32,000 nt of DNA from Thermosynechococcaceae cyanobacterium MS004. GTDB lineage: Bacteria > Cyanobacteriota > Cyanobacteriia > Thermosynechococcales > Thermosynechococcaceae. The stretch spans positions 1-32,000 of the forward strand of contig JAKRSB010000113.1 in the NCBI GenBank assembly GCA_022402525.1. Direction: 5' to 3'. The notes under the pieces are model-generated. The model saw only the letters and a list, made by a program, of their open reading frames with translations, ran no database searches and was not told the DNA's origin. Of this stretch, positions 1 through 7,461 are shown in pieces. Positions within the stretch are counted from its first letter, which is position 1. Each line of letters starts with the position of its first letter. A program made the translations under genes and the position numbers.

Positions 1-71
1 AGACGAATTCTCAAGGTCTTGTGGACATTATCGCTTAAAAAGCAACAGGTCTTATACACCGCGTCGGATAT

Positions 72-1445
72 ATGGATAGGCGAAATTTCCTGAAAATATT
101 TGGTTTGACACTGGTGGGATCTGTCAATAGTTCCTGTGGCGAAGAATCCCCAAGATATACAGCGACATCCAGCAAGAAGCGCATCGTGGTAATTGGTGCA
201 GGATTGTCCGGCCTTGCTGCTGCCCAAGCATTGCATCGACAAGGACATGAAGTTGTCGTGGTTGAAGCTCGTGAGCGTATCGGTGGTCGAGTTTGGACAA
301 GTTCTAAGTGGACTGATATGCCCCTCGATTTTGGCGCGACATGGATACATGGAACTCAGGGCAATCCGTTAACTGATTTAGCTGAACAAATAAATGCTAA
401 ACGGCTCACAACTAGTTACGACAGGACAGTAACGTACAATACATCGGGACAGCCACTCTCCAAGGCAGAGGAAGTCCGTTTAGAAGATTTCAGGAAGCAA
501 GTGTTTGGGAAGTTGAAAAAGGCTCAGAACAAAGATCCAGATGTCTCGATTCAACAAGCGATCAAACCGTTGATGCGTCAAGTTGACAAATCCTCAGAGT
601 CATACCGTTTCATCAACTTTATTTTGAGTGGTGAGATCGAACAGGAGTATTCGGGAAGCACTGAAAGCCTCTCTGCACAATGGTTTGATAGTGCTCAAGA
701 ATTTGATGGCAATGATGACCTATTCGTTCAAGGATTTAAAGTCATCCCAGAATTTCTAGCCAAAGGGTTACAGATCGAACTGGGTCAGGTCGTGAAAGAA
801 ATTCAATGGCATCAATCGCCTGTTCGGGTGATTACTCAAAAGACCGATTTCCTAGCCGATCGTGTTTTAGTCACTCTACCGCTAGGGGTTTTGCAAGCTG
901 GAAAGGTTCGTTTCACGCCTGAATTACCTCGGAACAAACAGAATGCGATCGCCAAACTGGGCATGGGTGTTCTGAACAAATGCTATCTTCGATTTGCCGA
1001 TGTTTTTTGGGCTGCTAATGTTGATTGGTTAGAGCATATTTCGGCAAGTCATGGTGAGTGGACAGAGTGGGTGAGTTTCAAGCGAGTAGCTAATATGCCC
1101 ATACTGCTAGGATTTAATGCGGCTGATCGGGGAAGAGCGATTGAAGCATGGTCGGACAAACAAATCGTTGCGAGTGCAATGCAAACCTTAAGGACAATCT
1201 ATGGAGTCAGTATTCCTGAACCCATTGACTATCAAATTACCCGTTGGGCAACCGATCCGTTTTCGCTGGGTTCGTATTCATATAATCCTGTTGGTGCAGT
1301 ACCAAAAATGCGTCAAGAACTTGCTGCACCACTCGGAAGGTCTCTATTTTTTGCGGGTGAAGCATCTAATGAGGAGTATTTCGGGACTGCTCATGGTGCA
1401 TATTTATCTGGTCTACGTGCAGCCAAAGAAATCCTGCAAATATAA
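72..1445 (+). CDS. Exported FAD-dependent amine oxidase (flavin monoamine/polyamine oxidase family)
   Basis: 457-aa ORF. Twin-arginine signal MDRRNFLKIFGLTLVG followed by SSCG (possible lipoprotein Cys). Dinucleotide-binding motif VVIGAGLSGLAAA...VVVVEARERIGGR. C-terminal FFAGEA...GTAHGAYLSGLRAA is typical of the amine oxidase fold. Confidence 0.85.
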   Translation: MDRRNFLKIFGLTLVGSVNSSCGEESPRYTATSSKKRIVVIGAGLSGLAAAQALHRQGHEVVVVEARERIGGRVWTSSKWTDMPLDFGATWIHGTQGNPLTDLAEQINAKRLTTSYDRTVTYNTSGQPLSKAEEVRLEDFRKQVFGKLKKAQNKDPDVSIQQAIKPLMRQVDKSSESYRFINFILSGEIEQEYSGSTESLSAQWFDSAQEFDGNDDLFVQGFKVIPEFLAKGLQIELGQVVKEIQWHQSPVRVITQKTDFLADRVLVTLPLGVLQAGKVRFTPELPRNKQNAIAKLGMGVLNKCYLRFADVFWAANVDWLEHISASHGEWTEWVSFKRVANMPILLGFNAADRGRAIEAWSDKQIVASAMQTLRTIYGVSIPEPIDYQITRWATDPFSLGSYSYNPVGAVPKMRQELAAPLGRSLFFAGEASNEEYFGTAHGAYLSGLRAAKEILQI

Positions 1446-1454
1446 TCTAGTGTT

Positions 1455-1542
1455 ACCCAACACCTTTCATGTACGCCGACCGCCGAAAGTTAATCGGCTA
1501 TGATACACAGGTTGTTGGCAGCGGGTGGTAGAAACGTTAGAC
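1455..1542 (+). mobile_element. attC-like imperfect palindrome A (88 bp)
   Basis: Starts 9 nt after the amine oxidase stop. Left end ACCCAAC fits RYYYAAC and right end GTTAGAC fits GTTRRRY. The right arm GCAGCGGGTGG...ACGTTAG is nearly identical to element C. Confidence 0.55.
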
Positions 1543-1940
1543 CTCTGAGATAACTAAGAGGACGCAAGCGGAAAATATTGACAGGAATGAGGCGAAGATA
1601 ATCTTGCGTTTTCGATCTTGACAACCAGAGTTGGCTGTGTTTCGATTTACTCAGGCAGTCGAATATCAATACCTAGATGTTCGTCTCATGGGCATTATCT
1701 CTAGTCCTCAGGTCAATGCATACCCAGTATTTTGGTCTAGCGTTCATTTGAGATGAGGGATTTCATTTCAGGTAAACGCTGGTTCAGCATACTAGATATG
1801 CACTGGTGTGAGGCTTGGAGATAGTGCGCTTGAGACGTTTACCAATAGGTGACAGGCTAGTGGTTTTCCCCGTGGGCGAGAACTTCGATGCTTATCCTGA
1901 TATTCCTTTGCTACAAACCCATGTAGAAAGGAAATTTACT

Positions 1941-2225
1941 ATGAACTCCAAGCAAAGACAAGCAAAGAAGGCTCAACTCATCGGTATCTTTGGTTTGTAC
2001 TGTTGGCATTGTAAGTGTCGCTTCCCTGCCGAGGATCTGACCCTCGACCATCTAGTACCCAAAAGCAAGGGCGGTTCCAATTCTTTAGGGAACTTGTGGT
2101 TAGCTTGTTTCCCGTGCAACAACTCCCGTGGAAACAATTTCTATCCACCCGCACGCTCGTTTGGGCATCTCAGTCAATCTTCAGTCAATGTAGCGAGGAA
2201 AAATGCACAAGCTCTTAATGTTTAA
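1941..2225 (+). CDS. Small stand-alone HNH endonuclease
   Basis: CWHC...LDHLVPKSKGGSNSLGNLWLACFPCNNSRG gives two CxxC knuckles around the H-N-N core. ATG at 1941 is preceded by GAAAGGAAA. The track's TTG start at 1815 adds 42 residues with no recognisable motif. Confidence 0.8.
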   Translation: MNSKQRQAKKAQLIGIFGLYCWHCKCRFPAEDLTLDHLVPKSKGGSNSLGNLWLACFPCNNSRGNNFYPPARSFGHLSQSSVNVARKNAQALNV

Positions 2226-2886
2226 TGATGAGAAACTTCTACGCCGATCTCTAACTCACCGCTCATATGTCAATGAAAATTCTGGGGAAGGTGGAGATAA
2301 CGAGCGCCTAGAGTTTCTTGGTGATGCAATTCTCAATTTCATCAGTGGCGAATACCTTTATCAGGTTCATCCTGAAATGGGAGAAGATGAAATGACAAGA
2401 CGACGAGCAGCACTTGTAGACGAAAAACAACTCGCTAGATTTGCTATTGAAGTTGGATTAGACTTCAGGATGCGACTAGGGCAAGGTGCAATTCGTGAGG
2501 GTGGTTATCAAAATCCAAATCTCCTTAGCAGCACTTTTGAAGCAGTTATTGGGGCTTACTATTTAGATAACAAGCGCGACATTGAAGCACTGCGTCCTTT
2601 AGTAGAACAACTATTTAACTCTGTTCCTGAAGAAGTTATGGTGGTTCGCTCAAATATAGACTCAAAGAATAAGTTTCAGGAACTAGTGCAGGCAAATGGG
2701 GCAAAGACTCCTCCAAAGTATGTCACAGAAAAATTAGGTGGAGCAGATCATGCTCCAGAGTTTTTTTCTAAGGCTTATGTGGATGATAAACTCTATGGTG
2801 AAGGTAAAGGTCGTAGCAAGAAGGATGCAGAAAAACAAGCTGCTGAAGATGCTATAGCCACGCTAAAAAAACGAGGGTTTCTATGA
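2203..2886 (+). CDS. rnc: Ribonuclease III (catalytic domain plus C-terminal dsRBD)
   Basis: LTHRSY...ERLEFLGDAILNF RNase III signature. C-terminal dsRBD (KNKFQELVQ...GEGKGRSKKDAEKQAAEDAI). AGGA lies 4 nt upstream of ATG 2203. The gene overlaps the HNH ORF by 23 nt; an alternative ATG at 2218 gives ATGTTTAA start/stop overlap. Confidence 0.9.
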   Translation: MHKLLMFNDEKLLRRSLTHRSYVNENSGEGGDNERLEFLGDAILNFISGEYLYQVHPEMGEDEMTRRRAALVDEKQLARFAIEVGLDFRMRLGQGAIREGGYQNPNLLSSTFEAVIGAYYLDNKRDIEALRPLVEQLFNSVPEEVMVVRSNIDSKNKFQELVQANGAKTPPKYVTEKLGGADHAPEFFSKAYVDDKLYGEGKGRSKKDAEKQAAEDAIATLKKRGFL

Positions 2887-2896
2887 TGCAGCCGAG

Positions 2897-2983
2897 GGCT
2901 AACAACCGCGCTGCACCGGAACACCTCAAAGCATCAGTTAAGATTCAAAGGTTGTCTGTGTCCGGTGAGGACGACCGTTAGCG
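2897..2983 (+). mobile_element. attC-like imperfect palindrome B (87 bp)
   Basis: Starts 10 nt after the rnc stop. GGCTAAC...GTTAGCG ends pair as GCTAAC/GTTAGC. The inner arm GCACCGGA pairs with TCCGGTG, with a bulged base and an unpaired spacer, as in attC folds. Confidence 0.55.
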
Positions 2984-2998
2984 AGGAAAGCTTTTTCT

Positions 2999-3628
2999 AT
3001 GTTTAACAGACACTCCATTTTGAGCTTTCTTGATAATGCATTTCAGAGCATTGAAATGCCCAATTTTGGCAATGTCAATATTGATTATGTGTCATCACGT
3101 CTATTGGCCTATCGCAGTACAAATAAATGGCTACTGCTATTTAATTCAGTGGTTTGGTGGCCTGCCGCTGAAGGACTTATGGCGATCGTGGAAGCGGTGG
3201 GTACAGGCGTAGTTGGCAGGCAGGGTTTTGATAATGATCGAGCTTTTGTGCCGGGATGCATAGAATTAGATGATGAGGAAAACATTGTCAGTATCCTCGT
3301 TCGAGGAGAAGACATTGATCTCACTGGCTTGGCTATCCAGTCAAACTATGATGTTCAACCGGAATATGGCTTTTGGATATCTGTTGCTCTAGCTGAAAAG
3401 TACAAGGAGAGTTTATTAGCCACACAAACTGAAATTGAGCAATTCATCCCCCCTGACTTTCAGCACTTGCTCACCATTGACGAGTGGGATCATCCAACAT
3501 GGGACATGCCACCGAGTCGGACAGTGGGGTTTCCTCATATTGCGAATGTTTTAGTTGCATCAGATCCGTCACTTTGGATTCCTGTGGAAGCACCTAATAC
3601 GCACTGGTCCCATTGGCATCCAAAATAA
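2999..3628 (+). CDS. Hypothetical protein (209 aa, Trp/His-rich, no motif recognised)
   Basis: Clean ORF that fills the space between attC-like elements B and C. GAGGAAAG lies upstream of the ATG. No domain was recognised by eye. Confidence 0.6.
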   Translation: MFNRHSILSFLDNAFQSIEMPNFGNVNIDYVSSRLLAYRSTNKWLLLFNSVVWWPAAEGLMAIVEAVGTGVVGRQGFDNDRAFVPGCIELDDEENIVSILVRGEDIDLTGLAIQSNYDVQPEYGFWISVALAEKYKESLLATQTEIEQFIPPDFQHLLTIDEWDHPTWDMPPSRTVGFPHIANVLVASDPSLWIPVEAPNTHWSHWHPK

Positions 3629-3637
3629 ATCTGTCAT

Positions 3638-3739
3638 GCCTAACAAGCCGTCTGCACACCGACCTATAAAATCGTTGATTGAAGCCTTGCTGATTGAAGC
3701 CAGCAGCTTTTTAGCAGCGGGTGAGGCATGACGTTACAC
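3638..3739 (+). mobile_element. attC-like imperfect palindrome C (102 bp)
   Basis: Starts 9 nt after the stop at 3626-3628. Left end GCCTAAC fits RYYYAAC. Right end GTTACAC is a near match to GTTRRRY. Left arm TGCACACCGACC resembles element A TGTACGCCGACC, and right arm GCAGCGGGTGAGG resembles A and B. Confidence 0.55.
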
Positions 3740-3766
3740 TACAAAACTAACGATGACAAAATAAAG

Positions 3767-3892
3767 ATGGCAAACACAGACGCCTATGAAGACAAGGTTG
3801 CTGGCGTAGTCGGCGATGCAATGGACAAAGTATGGAAAAGCATTATGAGTAAACTAGCCGCTAGCAATGTCTCAGGTATTGCGTTTCTCTAA
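3767..3892 (+). CDS. Possible 41-aa small ORF (MANTDAYEDKVAGVVGDAMDKVWKSIMSKLAASNVSGIAFL)
   Basis: My own translation; it falls below the ORF-track length cutoff. It lies just after element C and has no following attC-like element. There is no SD and no recognisable family. Confidence 0.2.
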   Translation: MANTDAYEDKVAGVVGDAMDKVWKSIMSKLAASNVSGIAFL

Positions 3893-3986
3893 ATCTGCTT
3901 TCTCGTCCTCACTCAGTTTGATGGGGACTGCGGATAGTCGGGGCATCTTTTGAACCCGTTTAATCTACGACCTCTCAATGGTAAGC

Positions 3987-4577
3987 TCACTTCAGACAAG
4001 CTGTATCAGGAAGATCTATCCCCTCAGCAGCGGACTTTTCATCGGGGGTTGCTGCATTCGACAATTCTTGGATCAACACCAGTAAGGTTTCCGCTACCGA
4101 TTGAGGTTGGGTTGGATTTAGTACAACATACTGATGAGCCGCATCGGTGTCAGCCAAAATCATTTGAATATCTTCAATCTCCCAGGCATCCGGGTGATCA
4201 GCATGAGTAATGCCAATCACCATCGGAATTTGTGTGCGCTGCTGCATAAAAGCTTTGATGCTACGAGCCGCACGCATACTGCCAGGAAGATGGGCAGGAA
4301 CTAGCAGAATATAACCATGGGCACCCTGAATCAGAATATCCCACATAAAGTCAAAGCGAGATTGTCCAGGGGTTCCATAAATTTGTACCCACATTTCATC
4401 CCCTAGGGTGATTCGACCAAAATCCATTGCAACGGTTGTGCCTGATTTCATCTCAGCCGTTTCATCCGTGGGCCTGCGATCAGTATCGACAACCTCTATT
4501 TCGCTGATGGAGCGAATAAACGTTGTTTTTCCTGCACCAACAGGGCCAGTCACAACAATTTTAAGGAGATTTCGCAT
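3987..4577 (-). CDS. Small Ras-superfamily GTPase, CvnD/MglA-like (COG2229-type)
   Basis: P-loop GPVGAGKTT, switch I TTVAMDFG, and G3 YGTPGQSRFDFMWD (GTPGQ instead of DxxGQ, as in CvnD-type proteins). The G4 position reads ITHAD instead of NKxD. Confidence 0.85.
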   Translation of the reverse strand: MRNLLKIVVTGPVGAGKTTFIRSISEIEVVDTDRRPTDETAEMKSGTTVAMDFGRITLGDEMWVQIYGTPGQSRFDFMWDILIQGAHGYILLVPAHLPGSMRAARSIKAFMQQRTQIPMVIGITHADHPDAWEIEDIQMILADTDAAHQYVVLNPTQPQSVAETLLVLIQELSNAATPDEKSAAEGIDLPDTACLK

Positions 4578-4637
4578 CGTTTATCGCTTAGTTCTAGGAG
4601 AAGACAAAGGCTGTGTTCAACTGGCCAAAGGTGTTGG

Positions 4638-5108
4638 TTAACCTACGGGGTCAAACTCAAATACATCTTGATGACTACCTCGCAAAACAGATTCAGTCTG
4701 ACGCCCCCGTAACCGCTTACCAGATACCGTCTCCAAGACACCCTGTACGGCACCCAGCGTAAAGCCACATACCCGGCTCGAACCAAGTTCCTCTCCAGAA
4801 GAGCAGACGGTTTCACGGGTATAAACTTTATAACCTTCACCCTTAGGCTCAATTTTGTCCAAAATCAAAAGGCGAGTACCCTCTTTACCTAAGGCAAAAG
4901 CAACTTTACTGGTGATGTCTTCAAGGGATAGAGATGAATTATCTAGACCAATAGATGCAGCTAGATTTCGGCCACGGGCACGACCGGCGGCAACCAAAGC
5001 AATTTGGGTGGTCTTATCGCCCAGGGCTTCCTCAATTCCTGTAATAATGGCCTTGAGACAAATGATACTGCTAAAGTCTCCCAACTCAGGGCGTAATTCT
5101 GTAGTCAT
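4638..5108 (-). CDS. V4R (4-vinyl reductase/Bet3-like) domain protein, tentative
   Basis: 156 aa. The C-terminal pattern ETVCSSGEELGSSRVCGFTLGAVQGVLETVSG...ESVLRGSHQDVFEF resembles the V4R pattern (C..a......p.C.f..G...G......E..C..G...C.F), with the last two Cys lost. It sits between the Roadblock and GTPase genes. Confidence 0.5.
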   Translation of the reverse strand: MTTELRPELGDFSSIICLKAIITGIEEALGDKTTQIALVAAGRARGRNLAASIGLDNSSLSLEDITSKVAFALGKEGTRLLILDKIEPKGEGYKVYTRETVCSSGEELGSSRVCGFTLGAVQGVLETVSGKRLRGRQTESVLRGSHQDVFEFDPVG

Positions 5109-5161
5109 GACTTACTATTTTGCTCCAAAATCTTTAAGTGTATTTAGCGCTGAGGATTGTT

Positions 5162-5554
5162 TTAAACTGCGGCAAAAGATGAACTAGAGCCCATTGCTGC
5201 ACTTACTTTTTCGCTCATTTGCTTAATTTGTAAAAACAGCATTCCTTGCTTGGCATCTTTACTGGCCAGAGTGAGTAGCATTGCATCATCTCCACAGCTA
5301 GTGAGTACTCCGTAACCAGCATCTCCTTGTACAAAGACTCGATCAATGTTTCCACGAGCCAATTCTTTTCCGATTCGTTCGCCCAGAGAAAGCATTGCTG
5401 CGGACATGGCTGCAGTTTTTTCTTCATCCATCGCATTGGGCAAAACCGATGCTAAGGGCAAGCCATCGGGCGTAACAACCGCTGCGCCCTGAATATCAGG
5501 GCTGCTGACAACGTAACTTTGAAGCAAGCCTTGTAAAGCGGATAAACTGGACAT
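5162..5554 (-). CDS. Roadblock/LC7 (MglB/CvnB-like) domain protein
   Basis: 130 aa. SPDIQGAAVVTPDGLPLASVLP...DRVFVQGDAGYGVLTSCGDDAMLLTLAS is the typical Roadblock/LC7 pattern. Confidence 0.85.
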   Translation of the reverse strand: MSSLSALQGLLQSYVVSSPDIQGAAVVTPDGLPLASVLPNAMDEEKTAAMSAAMLSLGERIGKELARGNIDRVFVQGDAGYGVLTSCGDDAMLLTLASKDAKQGMLFLQIKQMSEKVSAAMGSSSSFAAV

Positions 5555-5907
5555 AGTGCATCTCCATGAAGATAATTCAAAGTCAAGCGAGAAAGCTATT
5601 GCTTATCTTGGTGTGACTGGCATTTTAAAAATCATAAATTTACTAAAGTGTGCCAACTTCACAGCGCAATTAAATTATTTAGCTTTACCCTAGGATGCCC
5701 ATCTCTGTAATGTAATAGACATCATTAAAATATATTCTTATGATCATATTTATTTTTTTTATTTTTATATCGAAATTTATAAATAATTTATTATAAATAA
5801 AGAGATGTGAGTCATGACTGCGATCTGAGTCAGACAGATAAAACAATCAAGACTTCTTCTTTAATTAAAGAGGAAATTAATTATTAAATTCTCATATATC
5901 AAATCAA

Positions 5908-6759
5908 CTAGCGAATTGATTTTAGAACTGATGTCAACCTTTTAAGAAGTGTTAGATTAAGAGTCGAGCTTTCTGACTTTGACGTTTTCAATTCTTTTTG
6001 TAGTGTTGTTGGTTTTTCTGGGCTTGAAGTTAGAGCTTGATCTGTGGGCTGAGTTAAAGATGCTGGAATTTCTTCAATTAAGCCGACTTGCATCAGTCTA
6101 TAACAAGCTTTGCGGGTCTCAAGTAGATCTGAATTCAGCCGCTGTGCAATAACACGCACAGAATTCTGCGGTGCGATTTGCATCCAGGCATTCCATTCTA
6201 AGTCTGAGAGTTTTAGTATCGGGGGTTCGGTAACAATCTTGGTGAAGATGCTATCCGGCAACGGGAGATTTTTATGATTTTGAGTTTGAAGCTCAACTCT
6301 ACGCAGTCCTTCTATGGCTGCATCCATGCCACCTTTACTCATCCCAGTCATTTCATCAAAAGGCGGAGATACGTTGGGAGCAAAGCGAAATTGACCTGAC
6401 TGAAGCGCGAATAAGTCATACAGTCCAACTTGGAGCTGTTTCCGAAAAACAGTCGCAAGCTGAGATGCAGAGATATATGCTCGTTTTTTCAGAAAGATTC
6501 CGATGGGTTCATTTAACGAAAATAGGGTATTTATCTGTGCAATCACTTCTTGATCAATGTCTTGACAGTCCATTAGCAACTGCTTTAAAAGATGTTGTTT
6601 TTCAGGAGAAAGTGTGGCGACAATCCGTCCTTGAAAAAACCAAATCCTATAAATACCATTTTGAGACCAGATGGAGAGTTGTCCGGTCTTGGCAGCACGT
6701 TCAAACATTTGCAATATATCTGCCAAGGAAACCTCAGACAAATCACCTAGCATGGCCAT
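5908..6759 (-). CDS. DUF4388/PATAN-domain protein
   Basis: N-terminal GDLSEVSLADILQMFERAAKTGQLSIW...IWFFQGRIVA matches the DUF4388 (PatA N-terminal, PATAN) signature. The C-terminus is a low-complexity Ser/Thr/Lys tail. Confidence 0.7.
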   Translation of the reverse strand: MAMLGDLSEVSLADILQMFERAAKTGQLSIWSQNGIYRIWFFQGRIVATLSPEKQHLLKQLLMDCQDIDQEVIAQINTLFSLNEPIGIFLKKRAYISASQLATVFRKQLQVGLYDLFALQSGQFRFAPNVSPPFDEMTGMSKGGMDAAIEGLRRVELQTQNHKNLPLPDSIFTKIVTEPPILKLSDLEWNAWMQIAPQNSVRVIAQRLNSDLLETRKACYRLMQVGLIEEIPASLTQPTDQALTSSPEKPTTLQKELKTSKSESSTLNLTLLKRLTSVLKSIR

Positions 6760-6832
6760 AATTAAATGCTCTCTACCCTATCGCACTCAATAAACTATCT
6801 TTCAAGCAAGAGGAGTTTAGTCTCTATATACA

Positions 6833-6868
6833 CTGAAATTAACGTTGAAATTAATGCTGAAATTAATT
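6833..6868. promoter_or_regulatory. Three 12-bp direct repeats (yTGAAATTAAyk) upstream of the PATAN gene
   Basis: CTGAAATTAACG TTGAAATTAATG CTGAAATTAATT, 74-109 bp upstream of the start at 6759, inside a 435-bp AT-rich divergent spacer. Confidence 0.3.
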
Positions 6869-7194
6869 CAAAAATCAAATACTAAAATAATTGAACTTGA
6901 AACATATATACCGTACAAAATGTTCATTTTTTATTGTCTAATGACAATATCTTAGATTTCAAAGAGGAGTAAAAAAAAGACTCGTTCATCTCATCAACTC
7001 TAGATCGTCAAAGACAGAAAGAAAACCTTCTTCAAGGATCTTTAAGCACACTGAGCGCACGAAAACCTTATCTGGTGTAGATTGAACAACGCAGATGCAA
7101 CAAACTATGTGACAAATTTTTTATATGAATTTTTCTAGAGCTATCGACTACCTAGAGCACTAGAGGTCAGGCACCATCCTCATAGTGACTCTAC

Positions 7195-7461
7195 ATGAAT
7201 TTCCATCAGGCTGCACCAGCTTATGTGGACGAAATAAATAGAACGAAAGCTATCCGTATCGTGCCCAGGAAAACAACCATTCCTGAACAGCTTGCAATCA
7301 ATTATTTGAATCTTTATGATAGATTTTATCTATGCTGTTTTGACCAGCATTGCTGGAACCCTTCTGTGTCTGGGGTTAATACTTTAGGAGTATATCAACT
7401 TTGCGATGAATACAGCTACTTAGAGGCAAAATTAAGCTTTCTCAGACTTACTGCTGAGTAA
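7195..7461 (+). CDS. Hypothetical 88-aa protein (Cys-rich), doubtful
   Basis: ORF only. No SD and no recognisable motif, in an AT-rich context. Confidence 0.3.
   Translation: MNFHQAAPAYVDEINRTKAIRIVPRKTTIPEQLAINYLNLYDRFYLCCFDQHCWNPSVSGVNTLGVYQLCDEYSYLEAKLSFLRLTAE

Noticed and set aside
1815-1940. The TTG-initiated 42-aa N-terminal extension of the HNH ORF given in the ORF track.
   Set aside because: The extension has no recognisable motif. ATG at 1941 has a purine-rich SD-like sequence just upstream and yields a typical compact HNH protein.
1-3739. Calling a complete integron.
   Set aside because: The window contains no tyrosine recombinase/intI gene and no recognisable attI. Only an attC-like cassette array (a CALIN, or part of a larger integron) can be proposed.
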